Source of the DNA: Escherichia phage vB_EcoS_MM-1
Strand: one strand, 5' to 3'
Length of the DNA: 64,000 nucleotides
Sequence record: PV577657
Within the stretch, counting starts at the first letter, position 1. Every line of letters starts with the position of its first letter. This document shows, one piece after another, positions 1 through 8,537 of the stretch. Made by a program: the position numbers and the translations under genes. The notes under the pieces were generated by a model. It worked only from the letters and a program-made list of their open reading frames with translations. It did not search any database and was not told where the DNA came from.

Positions 1-126
1 TACCAACGTAGCCCCCATGGGTACGAAGATATTACTTGGAGTATTAAACAATATCTTAAAGATGTATACTCTAGTTTTTCTGATGAAGACCTAGAAACAG
101 TTGCAGTGGAGTTTAATAATGACTAA
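1..126 (+). CDS. 3' end of an upstream gene (partial), hypothetical protein
   Basis: Open frame runs from the window edge to TAA at 124-126; no start visible in window. Confidence 0.4.
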   Translation, partial: YQRSPHGYEDITWSIKQYLKDVYSSFSDEDLETVAVEFNND

Positions 127-325
127 GAATGTGAAACACCTTAAATATCGCTTAATTTACAACGGACGTATGGAAACGGAAGACCTGGCCAAATTAGCTA
201 TTAACTCTAATGAGGTTACAGTGCGTGCGCTGGCAATTGAAAAGTTGCGTGCCTCTTATGAAAATCGTGTTATGGAACTAGAGGAGAAACTTTATGGCAT
301 TCTCGAAGCCGATGCTACCAGATAA
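119..325 (+). CDS. hypothetical small protein
   Basis: ATG at 119 preceded by GGAG at 107-110; ORF track frame (track start is TTG at 101). Confidence 0.5.
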   Translation: MTKNVKHLKYRLIYNGRMETEDLAKLAINSNEVTVRALAIEKLRASYENRVMELEEKLYGILEADATR

Positions 326-515
326 GGGTTTAAACGCCGCTTTGGAAAACGCATTAATGCAGCACTGGGAAACTGGCTATAAGGATGGTGTTGAATCCTG
401 CGCTACTATGCTAGAAGTTATTGCTAATACCTTAATGGAGAAAGGCAATAAAGAATTAGCTGAGCTATTAGACAGTATTGGGCAAAACTTCAGAGAACAG
501 GTGAAAAATGCGTAG
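294..515 (+). CDS. hypothetical small protein
   Basis: ATG at 294 with GAGGAG at 281-286; overlaps neighbours in the tight packing typical of phage operons. Confidence 0.55.
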   Translation: MAFSKPMLPDKGLNAALENALMQHWETGYKDGVESCATMLEVIANTLMEKGNKELAELLDSIGQNFREQVKNA

Positions 516-1344
516 ATTAATTATTATTAGCGGTGCAGGTTTGAGTGTTGAAAGTGGTGTACGAGCTTTTCGTACTGATACTGCTAGTGGTAAAGCATTG
601 TGGGATGACTATGATCTAGAAGAAGTATGTAATATTCATGCCTTTCGTGGTAATTTTTATCATAAAACCCACATGTTTTACAACAAGCGTCGTGAAGAGC
701 TAAAAACTGTTGAACCCAATCTTGCGCATTTGCGTATTGGTGAATGGTATAAACAATATCCAGGTCAAGTAGTAAACTTGACTACCAACGTTGATGACCT
801 TATTGAGCGTGCTGGCGTCCCACATAGTGACATTCTGCACATTCACGGATATTTAAAAGAGGTTGTTGTAGCTGATAGCTACAATAGTAGCAATAAACGG
901 ATTATTGATGTAGGATACAATTCTATTGATCCAGATGATTATAAATGGGTTAAACCTAATGTAATCTTCTTTGGAGAGCATGCTCCTGCATACGCAGAAA
1001 TGTATAATGTTTTTGATGGTATTACCAGTCAAGATATGATCATTGTGGTTGGTTGCTCTAACCAAGTAATTAACTTCTACTGGGAATTATTTCCTGTTCT
1101 TAATTTGACTGCTGCGAAACTTATGGTTGTTAACTACTATGATAGTGCCCTCGCAGCGGAACCGGTCTATCAAGGTATGACTCGTAGTGAGATGTACCAG
1201 CTGGAGGAACGCGGTATCCCTTACTGGAGTAAAGGTGCGGTAGATGCTTTCAGTGACCCTGATTTTATTGCTCGTGTAGAAGCTCATTTAGAGGGTAGAC
1301 CTTATGTGTCGAGAAGCAAGAGAAACAGGTATGTCCATAGTTAA
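508..1344 (+). CDS. Sir2-family (sirtuin-like) NAD-dependent protein, no zinc ribbon
   Basis: Sirtuin motifs in order: GAGLSVESGVRAFR (GAGIS-ESGIP-FR), LTTNVDDL..AG (TQNID-L), HIHG catalytic-His motif, PNVIFFGE; no CxxC pairs. Confidence 0.8.
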   Translation: MRRLIIISGAGLSVESGVRAFRTDTASGKALWDDYDLEEVCNIHAFRGNFYHKTHMFYNKRREELKTVEPNLAHLRIGEWYKQYPGQVVNLTTNVDDLIERAGVPHSDILHIHGYLKEVVVADSYNSSNKRIIDVGYNSIDPDDYKWVKPNVIFFGEHAPAYAEMYNVFDGITSQDMIIVVGCSNQVINFYWELFPVLNLTAAKLMVVNYYDSALAAEPVYQGMTRSEMYQLEERGIPYWSKGAVDAFSDPDFIARVEAHLEGRPYVSRSKRNRYVHS

Positions 1345-1513
1345 ATCTGTATATACACATCCCGACGATATATTTGTATGGGCAGATGGTAGTTGGTGCT
1401 ATCGCTGTGAGCTGTGGGAGATGGACTATAAATCCGATGACTATGGTGTTATATATGTTGATACGGTTGAGTATGATACGTTCTTAGAAAGGAACAAAAA
1501 TGGAAATAAGTAA
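1331..1513 (+). CDS. hypothetical small Cys-containing protein (start uncertain, alternative 1304)
   Basis: ORF track 1304..1513; internal ATG at 1331 sits after the Sir2 coding overlap. Confidence 0.4.
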   Translation: MSIVKSVYTHPDDIFVWADGSWCYRCELWEMDYKSDDYGVIYVDTVEYDTFLERNKNGNK

Positions 1514-2006
1514 TACTCCAATTATTTTTCTAGATATTGATGGGGTGCTCAATTCGAGCATCTCCCACCATCATGCACCTGATGACGAAAAGATTTTCTT
1601 TGGAAGTGACTGGGTTTTCAAGCCGCTTCTCAAGGCTTTTCAGGACTTTATTCGTCCTTCTCCAATAATGATTGTTGGAGTATCATCTTGGTTCTCTGTC
1701 AGAAATGAGATGGAGAACGTTCAGATTATGACCGGATTAGGTCTTATCGATCGTTTTCTTGGTACAACGGATTTTACTGGGGGTGGGTTATCTAGGGGTA
1801 ATTCTGTCCTTCGCTTCGTTGAAAAGCATAAGCTCAAACATTGGTGTGTTCTGGATGACGCTGGTGCTATGATGTATCAGTATCCAACGGTTATAGTCAA
1901 CGGTAGAACTGGAATAAATCTTCAAGATTTAATGGCTGTTAGCTATATGTTAGAGTTTAGTCCAGATCTTGAAATGTGTAAATCCTTACAACAATTTAAG
2001 GTGTAA
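1500..2006 (+). CDS. HAD-superfamily-like hydrolase/phosphatase
   Basis: N-terminal IIFLDIDGVLN matches HAD motif I (DxDGV). Confidence 0.6.
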   Translation: MEISNTPIIFLDIDGVLNSSISHHHAPDDEKIFFGSDWVFKPLLKAFQDFIRPSPIMIVGVSSWFSVRNEMENVQIMTGLGLIDRFLGTTDFTGGGLSRGNSVLRFVEKHKLKHWCVLDDAGAMMYQYPTVIVNGRTGINLQDLMAVSYMLEFSPDLEMCKSLQQFKV

Positions 2007-2008
2007 AT

Positions 2009-2437
2009 ATGTTCAATAATGTATTCTCTAAAGAAGCTAACCCAATTTTGGTTAACTTTTGGCGTACTCTCCCAGCTAGCCTGTATAATGAGGCTATTAA
2101 CTCCTTGAAAATATGGTGTGAGAATAACGAAATCTCCTTTGCTTTTAAAGATGATATTGATGAGGCCCCCTGTATTGGTTTAATTGTGCAGGTAGAGGAT
2201 GGTCTTGAAGAGATTGTCGGCTGGAAAGAGTTAGATGAAATGGGCTTAATTTTTGCGTTAAACTATAAGCTGTTTATGCCTGCTAAGCATCGCCTAGTTG
2301 TTAACTATAAAACTAGTGAATCTCCTGGTTTTCAGGTTAATGAACGTTATGGTTGGTCTTACTCACCGGAAGAAGTAAATGAGGGGATTCAGAAACTTCG
2401 ACGTTTCGGGTATATGATCCCAGGTTTAACTGCTTAA
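2009..2437 (+). CDS. hypothetical protein, paralog A of a tandem duplicated pair
   Basis: RBS AAGGTG before ATG; shares the block CIG..(W)(K/N)ELDEMGLI(F/V)ALN..LF.P with the downstream ORF. Confidence 0.65.
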   Translation: MFNNVFSKEANPILVNFWRTLPASLYNEAINSLKIWCENNEISFAFKDDIDEAPCIGLIVQVEDGLEEIVGWKELDEMGLIFALNYKLFMPAKHRLVVNYKTSESPGFQVNERYGWSYSPEEVNEGIQKLRRFGYMIPGLTA

Positions 2438-2446
2438 GGAGGCAGA

Positions 2447-2838
2447 ATGGAACAAGTATATTGGCGTCAGATTGACCCTAGTTTGGTGAAACGTGCGGAG
2501 AAGCTGCTACAACGTTGGTTGTGGGTAAGACAAGCCTCCTTCACTTTTCCGAGCAGCAAACAGATGATCCCTGTATTGGTGTTTTCCTATCCGGCTACGC
2601 CGGGGAATGGGAATTGGATTGGAATGAATTGTCTGCTATGGGTTTAATTGTTGCCCTAAATTTCTCTTTGTTCCATCCACGTGGGTTGGCCATACGTCGT
2701 GTGCCGGGTGATGGTTGTTCGCCCCATTTTTTACAGGTGGAAGATGATATTTGGGAGTACACTCCAGATATTCTCGCAGAAGCTAAAGAACAATTAAATC
2801 GTGTTGGGATTTATGTTCCAGGCCTAAATGATGAATGA
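2447..2838 (+). pseudogene. paralog B of the duplicated pair, interrupted by an apparent 1-nt frameshift (frame of 2447 switches to frame of 2515 near 2545-2551)
   Basis: Strong RBS AAGGAGG at 2434-2440 and ATG at 2447; the conserved domain continues in the 2515..2838 frame; adding one T to the T4 run at 2545-2548 restores ...SFTF-SEQQTDDPCIG, aligning with paralog A ISFAFKDDIDEAPCIG. Confidence 0.5.
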
Positions 2839-2906
2839 TTTTTATTAGCTGAAATTTGTAATCCGGGCTATTAGTGCTCGGATTATTACATAATCTTTTC
2901 AGTCGA

Positions 2907-2960
2907 TTGACAGTCAAAATAAATTGTCGTTGACAATTTGGATGGATTATGTAATAATAT
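2907..2960 (+). promoter_or_regulatory. promoter with two operator-like inverted repeats upstream of the HNH gene
   Basis: TTGACaGTCAA (2907-2917) and ATTGTC-gtt-GACAAT (2923-2937); -35 TTGACA 2931-2936, -10 TAATAT 2955-2960. Confidence 0.45.
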
Positions 2961-2977
2961 ATGTATTGGAGGTGAGG

Positions 2978-3430
2978 ATGTCATTCACACAGCAAGAACT
3001 TTTAGATAACTTCCGATATGAAGATGGTAAGTTATTTAGAACTACAGGAAGAAATGCAGGGAAAGAATGTTGTGTTTCTACAGGTAACGGATATTATCGT
3101 ATATCTCTAGGGAATAGGACTATGCTTCGGCATAGAGCAATATTTTTAATGCATCATGGATACTTACCTGATTTAGTAGATCATGTGAATACTATAAAAG
3201 GTGATGATCGTATTGAAAATCTTAGAGAGCAGACAGTATCCGGTAATCTAAGAAATATCAAATATAAGAAAGGAATGCATGTTTACCCTTCTGGTAGTAA
3301 GAACTGGCAAGTGGTATTTACTATTAACCGTAAACGTATAGTTAAAGGAACATATGACAACTATGAGGTTGCATGTTCTATGGCCAAGATGTTTAGAGGT
3401 CAATTATACGGTAGGGAATCAATCCAGTAA
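2978..3430 (+). CDS. HNH homing endonuclease
   Basis: RBS GGAGGTGAGG then ATG at 2978; motif HRAIFLMHHGYLPDLVDHVN...DDRIENL typical of phage HNH endonucleases. Confidence 0.8.
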   Translation: MSFTQQELLDNFRYEDGKLFRTTGRNAGKECCVSTGNGYYRISLGNRTMLRHRAIFLMHHGYLPDLVDHVNTIKGDDRIENLREQTVSGNLRNIKYKKGMHVYPSGSKNWQVVFTINRKRIVKGTYDNYEVACSMAKMFRGQLYGRESIQ

Positions 3431-3438
3431 AATTTCAT

Positions 3439-3468
3439 TTGCAAGGGAGTATTATTTTATAGTATAAT
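3439..3468 (+). promoter_or_regulatory. sigma70-type early promoter (T5-like)
   Basis: TTGCAA, 18-nt spacer, TATAAT (3463-3468), then ATTCCCATAAATGAGAGA, resembling the PN25 downstream box. Confidence 0.5.
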
Positions 3469-3498
3469 ATTCCCATAAATGAGAGACATTAGTAAAAA

Positions 3499-3528
3499 TT
3501 GATTTTGCTAATTTTTCTTGTTTACAAT
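3499..3528 (+). promoter_or_regulatory. possible second promoter
   Basis: TTGATT, 18-nt spacer, TACAAT. Confidence 0.35.
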
Positions 3529-3534
3529 CCGCGA

Positions 3535-3953
3535 TACGGAACAGTTAGGCTGCCCCATTAAGGGTTGTTTTAACTGTTACGTGTTAGTTTTTAAACAAAT
3601 AGTTAATAGAATACTTAGCGATCTACATCCCGTAGGAACCCTGGTAAGGCCTCGAAGCAACCTAGTGTGAGGTGGTTGTGAAGTGAGACGGGAAGAGTGA
3701 AAAACTCTGAGAAGTGATGACGTAAGGTATACTGCATCTAGTATGAGCTAGTACATGAAGCATTAGGTGAGCAAATCTGGCTTAGCGGCCATCCTCAAGG
3801 ATTTGTGCGGTATAGTGAAGCGGCAGTGTAGCGTGAAAGGGGAAGTTGCCACCCCCCTTCAGTATTTGCGATTAATTTGTTGAGAAATTGACAGTAACAG
3901 TTGTTCTATTCTTTCTGAATAGTCCTAAAGAAAACTTATTTCATTTCCAACAC
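3535..3953 (+). ncRNA. candidate structured untranslated leader or ncRNA (no ORF of 60 aa or more on either strand)
   Basis: About 420 nt between promoters and the RBS at 3954; purine/G-rich composition unlike the AT-rich flanks; hairpins GAGTgaaaaACTC, ATCCTcaAGGAT and GGGG-N11-CCCC. Confidence 0.3.
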
Positions 3954-3965
3954 AGGAGTATTGTT

Positions 3966-6752
3966 GTGTTCTCAATCCTACAAGGTCATGCAGGATTTCA
4001 TCGCGATTTAGCCACAGGCATTTGGCGAGAAGTTAAAGCAGAAGACTATCTTTTTGCTAAAAGATTTTCCTCAAAGCATCCTGAAGGTAAACCAGCTTCA
4101 ATGCCCTTCAAGTTTGATGTAATTGATGAAGTTGATCCTCAAACCCTAGTAGAAATGCTCCCTCTTATGAGACGTTTAACGTCTGACCCTCATATCGTTG
4201 CGGTACGAGGTCGATGTCTTGCACCCAAAAATAATGTGCGGCGTAAGAAGGGCAACTTTAATGTATCTAACCCAAGTCATATAATTGCAATGGACGTGGA
4301 TGGTATTGTAGATACAGGTGGTTGTAACAAGTTTGATCTTGTTGGCATGGCTCGACATATTATTAGAATGTTAAATAGTATTAGTGAGGATATGTTTCCT
4401 CTTGATGCAGGGTTTATTGCTCATGCATCGTCTTCGGCTGGGCTAAAACCAGGTATCCGAATGCACTTAATACTAGAATCTAATGTTAAAGTAACTCAGG
4501 GTCAAATCAAATTCTTATTTACATCTATCAATGAAAGTAGTAGACAAAAGTATGGCTTTGATATTGCCGACTTAGCTTATTACTCTTCCGTACAGCTCCA
4601 TTATTTTGCAGATCCGTTATTTACCGATGGTATAGTAGATCCGTTTAAGGCGGAGGGTGCTTCACGTCTGGTATTTGTTAAGGGTTCTAAAGTAAACTTA
4701 CCTAATAATCTGGTTGACTATGAAACAACTAGAGGTGAGTTTAAGGAGGAGTTTTACTCTTTACTCGATCAAATTAAAGGTAAAAAAGCTGCCTCCGATA
4801 AAGTAGAGGAAACTATCAGCGAACTAGAAGAAGCTGAGGATGGAGTGTATCTACGTATCATACCTAAACTCTATCACAGAGCTTTAGAGGATGGTGTTGA
4901 TTTTGCATGGCTAGAAAAAGAAATCCGTCCAGCCTTATCAGAATATATTGCAACCAAAGATAATAGTCGTAATATTCAAGATTACTTTAATAACGGTCGT
5001 AAACAGGCTCTGAAAGCATTTGTTAATAATTCTAAACGCGATATACCTGATGTTTTAAAAGGTATTCCACTTAAAAAGCTAGAAACTAACTCTCTAGAAA
5101 CTGATAACTTCTTGAAATTAAATACTGTACCACCAGAAGGTTATATGACTTTTGTAAAAGCAAGTCTAGGTACAGGTAAAACTACGGCGGTTGTGCGTTG
5201 GTTAGATTCAGGAGTTATTAAAGGTAATTTCTTAGCAATTACCAATACTCGAGCACTGGTATCTTCAAATGCTAAGAAATTTAGTGCAGGACAATATGAT
5301 AAGTCTGTAGATATGCTTAATTTTAAGCGTGGTGCTATTGACCGTATGTCCACAACTATTCACTCTTTGCATAAGTTCAAGAGTTTTATTGGTCAAATCG
5401 ATGCAATCTTTATAGATGAATGTGATGCTGTAATGAATGACCTATTATTCGCCCCGGTTGTTAAACAACGTCGTGAATGTATTCAGGTTCTTCGGGATAT
5501 TCTTGCAACTGCAAAAATCATTATATTATCTGATGGGGATATTAGTGCAGAAACAATTGAAGCATATGGTTCTTTAATTGAGTTTGATAAACCGGTTGCA
5601 TTTTATAATCATCACCGAAAAATGCTATCAAAAGCTCATGCCTACGAGTTCCCTGATGAATCCAGTATTTGGGTTGCACTTCAGACTTCTCTAGAGATGG
5701 GTGAGAAATCTATCCTAGTATCTGACTGTGGGCCGGATGAACTGAATGAGAAGGGCATGGCGTTGCGTCGTAATACGGGTGCGTTAGTTAAGGAAATCCA
5801 CTCAAACTCTACGTCTGATGTAGATATTCGACGTATTCTGGATTACACAACTAATGAGTTAATTGACCAACAAATTGATTGCTTATTATGTAGTCCATCC
5901 GTAACGAGTGGTGTTGACTTCAACTATTTTGATAACGTATTCGTTATTACTAGAACCAGTAACCAAGCGCCAAACATGCGTTTTCAAGCAATCAGGCGCG
6001 ACCGTGGTGCTCAGAACATTTATTATTTTATTGATAAATCTACGAGTGGATTCTCCGCAGGCTCTGAACAATATAATATTGATGAAGGTTGGCTGGAGTT
6101 AGCACAGCAATTATACGCACGTCGTAGGGAGCTGGAGTCTAGGAACTATACTAGTACTTTACGTTATTACTTGCTTGATCAGGGTGCAACTATTGATATT
6201 TTCAGTGAAAGCTGGGGAACTATCGAAGGTGCAGGTAAAGAGTATACAGAAGAGCGAATCAAAGCCATTTTGTATTCAACTCCTGATTATTGTGCTCCAC
6301 GCCATGCAGATGCATATGAAGCTAAACTACTTCTTGTTCGCTATTATCATCTTGAGTCTATTAAAGATGTAACAGTTGAGCATGTTGAGCAATACATTAA
6401 GGATAAACCGAATGATCGAGCGGCATTCTTCCATAAAATGCACGAGATGTTCTGGGAAGATATTAAGAAGTGTTCAAATGTCACTATCAAACCATTCATA
6501 GAAGCTCTGAAAGGCAAGAAGAAAGATTTCTTCCTTAAAACAGGTCAGAGTGCTAACCCAAAATATGCCAGAATGTATCTTGGTATGATGGGTATTGGCA
6601 AGGATATGAACACGGAGAATATTGTAGACTGGTACAGAACTTATTGTAAAATCGAGTGTATGCCAATTCCTTTCAAATTCATGACAGAGGAAGAGAAGGC
6701 TATGGCAGAAGAAGTACTGTCCGAACTTGGAGCAACTAATGAAGACGCATAA
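3966..6752 (+). CDS. large replication protein: AEP-primase-like N-domain fused to a P-loop helicase domain (possibly the replication-origin-binding type protein of T5-like phages)
   Basis: In-frame GTG at 3966 with AGGAG at 3954-3958 (track start TTG 3888 is less likely); DxD motif IIAMDVDG, GIRMHLIL, Walker A ASLGTGKTT, Walker B IFIDECD. Confidence 0.6.
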   Translation: MFSILQGHAGFHRDLATGIWREVKAEDYLFAKRFSSKHPEGKPASMPFKFDVIDEVDPQTLVEMLPLMRRLTSDPHIVAVRGRCLAPKNNVRRKKGNFNVSNPSHIIAMDVDGIVDTGGCNKFDLVGMARHIIRMLNSISEDMFPLDAGFIAHASSSAGLKPGIRMHLILESNVKVTQGQIKFLFTSINESSRQKYGFDIADLAYYSSVQLHYFADPLFTDGIVDPFKAEGASRLVFVKGSKVNLPNNLVDYETTRGEFKEEFYSLLDQIKGKKAASDKVEETISELEEAEDGVYLRIIPKLYHRALEDGVDFAWLEKEIRPALSEYIATKDNSRNIQDYFNNGRKQALKAFVNNSKRDIPDVLKGIPLKKLETNSLETDNFLKLNTVPPEGYMTFVKASLGTGKTTAVVRWLDSGVIKGNFLAITNTRALVSSNAKKFSAGQYDKSVDMLNFKRGAIDRMSTTIHSLHKFKSFIGQIDAIFIDECDAVMNDLLFAPVVKQRRECIQVLRDILATAKIIILSDGDISAETIEAYGSLIEFDKPVAFYNHHRKMLSKAHAYEFPDESSIWVALQTSLEMGEKSILVSDCGPDELNEKGMALRRNTGALVKEIHSNSTSDVDIRRILDYTTNELIDQQIDCLLCSPSVTSGVDFNYFDNVFVITRTSNQAPNMRFQAIRRDRGAQNIYYFIDKSTSGFSAGSEQYNIDEGWLELAQQLYARRRELESRNYTSTLRYYLLDQGATIDIFSESWGTIEGAGKEYTEERIKAILYSTPDYCAPRHADAYEAKLLLVRYYHLESIKDVTVEHVEQYIKDKPNDRAAFFHKMHEMFWEDIKKCSNVTIKPFIEALKGKKKDFFLKTGQSANPKYARMYLGMMGIGKDMNTENIVDWYRTYCKIECMPIPFKFMTEEEKAMAEEVLSELGATNEDA

Positions 6753-7257
6753 ACCAATGCCTCCTATGGCATTTATCCTAGAAAAGCTTAGGTATGACGA
6801 AAGTACTGGGGACTTAATTTGGTTATCTGGCCCAAGGAAGGGAAAGGTAGCGGGCTCCAAAATGAAAACTGGGAGACAGCTAGAGTTTATGATAAATGGG
6901 GGGCGGACAGCTTACTTAGCCCATAGAATAATCTGGTTTATAAAGACAGGTGAAGATCCTGGAGATAAAACTATTGACCATAAAGACGGTGATAGTTTAA
7001 ACAACTTGTGGGATAATTTACGTAAGGCTACCTATTCCGAAAATGGAAAGAATAAGAAGTGTTCTACTAATTCTACCGGATTCACTGGAGTTGTAAAACG
7101 AGGTAATAGGTATATGGCCTACGCTTACTGCGATGGAAAGCAACATATTTTTGGTAGACGAGATACCCCGGAAGAAGCCCATCAGCTATACCTTAGGGGA
7201 GTTAAAGAGCTGTTTGGTGAATTTAATCCCTCGGAGAGATATGACAGTGAAGAATAA
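6727..7257 (+). CDS. HNH homing endonuclease
   Basis: AYLAHRIIWFIKTGEDPGDKTIDHKDGDSLNNLWDNL; start overlaps the 3' end of the preceding gene. Confidence 0.8.
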   Translation: MEQLMKTHKPMPPMAFILEKLRYDESTGDLIWLSGPRKGKVAGSKMKTGRQLEFMINGGRTAYLAHRIIWFIKTGEDPGDKTIDHKDGDSLNNLWDNLRKATYSENGKNKKCSTNSTGFTGVVKRGNRYMAYAYCDGKQHIFGRRDTPEEAHQLYLRGVKELFGEFNPSERYDSEE

Positions 7258-7474
7258 AAAATGGGAAACAAGGAAGTTTCCAGTAAAAGAACGTAAAGTT
7301 CCTGTTTATGATACTTCGGAGAAGCTATGTAGGGTGGTACCGCACAGATTAGCTGGCATCCCTAACATATCCGAGTGGTTACTTAAACAACGGAGGACTA
7401 GCGTATCCCTTCGCATAGGGTTTGAGTTAGATAAAGTATATGCTGAACTTTCTTCTTTGCTCAAGGAATCGTAA
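7241..7474 (+). CDS. hypothetical basic protein
   Basis: ATG at 7241 with GGAGAG RBS; in frame with track ORF 7133..7474. Confidence 0.4.
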   Translation: MTVKNKKWETRKFPVKERKVPVYDTSEKLCRVVPHRLAGIPNISEWLLKQRRTSVSLRIGFELDKVYAELSSLLKES

Positions 7475-7482
7475 AAATTTAT

Positions 7483-7511
7483 TTGCATAGTGCAAAAAAT
7501 TTCTGTATAAT
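7483..7511 (+). promoter_or_regulatory. PN25-like strong early promoter
   Basis: TTGCAT, 17 nt, TATAAT, then AGATTCATAAATTTGAGAGAGGAG, near-identical to the T5 PN25 core and downstream box; palindrome TTTGCA-tag-TGCAAA overlaps the -35. Confidence 0.75.
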
Positions 7512-7542
7512 AGATTCATAAATTTGAGAGAGGAGTTTAAAT

Positions 7543-8247
7543 ATGGCTGGTTCTCGTAGAAAGAAACATATCCATGAAATCCCGGATGAAGTCTTTAAAA
7601 AGGTTATAGAGCATCTGGAGAACGGTGGTACTAAGAAAGCAGCATGTGAAATGCTCGGCGTATCATCCAATCCAACTATGGAAAGGATGATTGAAGAATG
7701 GCAAGACCGCCAGATTCAAGTTGCCGAAATGAAGAAAAAGAAACGTGGCACACTCATTGAAGGCATTGAGTTAGCTAACGTTATTGAGCAGTATTTATCT
7801 GGTGATTCTTTTGAAGAAATTGCCGATCGTAATTACCGCTCTGTAGCAATGGTTAAATCTGTTCTGGAACGATATGGTGCTCTACTTCGTTTGAACGATA
7901 TTGTAGATCCATTGAATCCTCCAATTATTCCTGATGATGCTGTAGCAGAAGAATTTGCAGTTGGTGAGCTTGTTTGGGTTCCTGGATACCAGTGTATCGG
8001 TGAAATCAAAAAAGCAATGGATAATCCTGTTGGTTGCTACCGTGTATGGCTTCTATCCGAAGGCAAACAACAGAACGTTCATTATATGAATTACGAGCTG
8101 GCTTCTGTTAAACATCTGGAAAAGTTAGGGGTAGACGTAAAATCTCTAGGGTATAAGTGGACTCGTGAAGAAATTATTACGTTGATTAACGAAGCTGTTA
8201 AGGCTGCTCTGAAACTTGATAAAGAAAAAGGAAAACGCCGTGAGTAA
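7543..8247 (+). CDS. helix-turn-helix DNA-binding protein
   Basis: RBS GAGAGGAG; N-terminal GGTKKAACEMLGVS HTH-like segment. Confidence 0.55.
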   Translation: MAGSRRKKHIHEIPDEVFKKVIEHLENGGTKKAACEMLGVSSNPTMERMIEEWQDRQIQVAEMKKKKRGTLIEGIELANVIEQYLSGDSFEEIADRNYRSVAMVKSVLERYGALLRLNDIVDPLNPPIIPDDAVAEEFAVGELVWVPGYQCIGEIKKAMDNPVGCYRVWLLSEGKQQNVHYMNYELASVKHLEKLGVDVKSLGYKWTREEIITLINEAVKAALKLDKEKGKRRE

Positions 8248-8491
8248 GCTAACAGATTTGCTTAAGGATGGTGAAACAAAAACCGTGTATCGTAGAAGCT
8301 GGGATAATGACAATAATGGCTTAGTGTTACTAACTTTAGACGCTGACTCAGATGTAGCTACCCAACATACCTGGGTAGCTGGTAATTATCCCTATAGTGA
8401 GGTTGTTACGTTAACAGTATGCGAAGCTATTGCCGACGATTGGGAGATTGCCAGCATTGATGATATGCTTGCTGTTGGCCTGGTGGAGTAA
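8216..8491 (+). CDS. hypothetical protein (start may be GTG at 8240)
   Basis: ORF track; overlaps upstream gene. Confidence 0.5.
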   Translation: MIKKKENAVSKLTDLLKDGETKTVYRRSWDNDNNGLVLLTLDADSDVATQHTWVAGNYPYSEVVTLTVCEAIADDWEIASIDDMLAVGLVE

Positions 8492-8508
8492 CTACTGAAA
8501 AATTTCAG

Positions 8509-8537
8509 TTGCTTAATCCTATAATTCTTGATATAAT
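8509..8537 (+). promoter_or_regulatory. sigma70-type early promoter
   Basis: TTGCTT, 17 nt, TATAAT. Confidence 0.6.

Noticed and set aside
3431-3965. tRNA gene or group I intron associated with the adjacent HNH endonuclease
   Set aside because: No cloverleaf with GTTCGAATC-type T-loop found by eye and no interrupted host gene (the flanking ORFs end and start with their own signals); kept only as a candidate structured leader/ncRNA.
3888-3965. TTG at 3888 as start of the giant replication protein
   Set aside because: No RBS and a hydrophobic low-complexity N-terminus; in-frame GTG 3966 follows AGGAG at optimal spacing.
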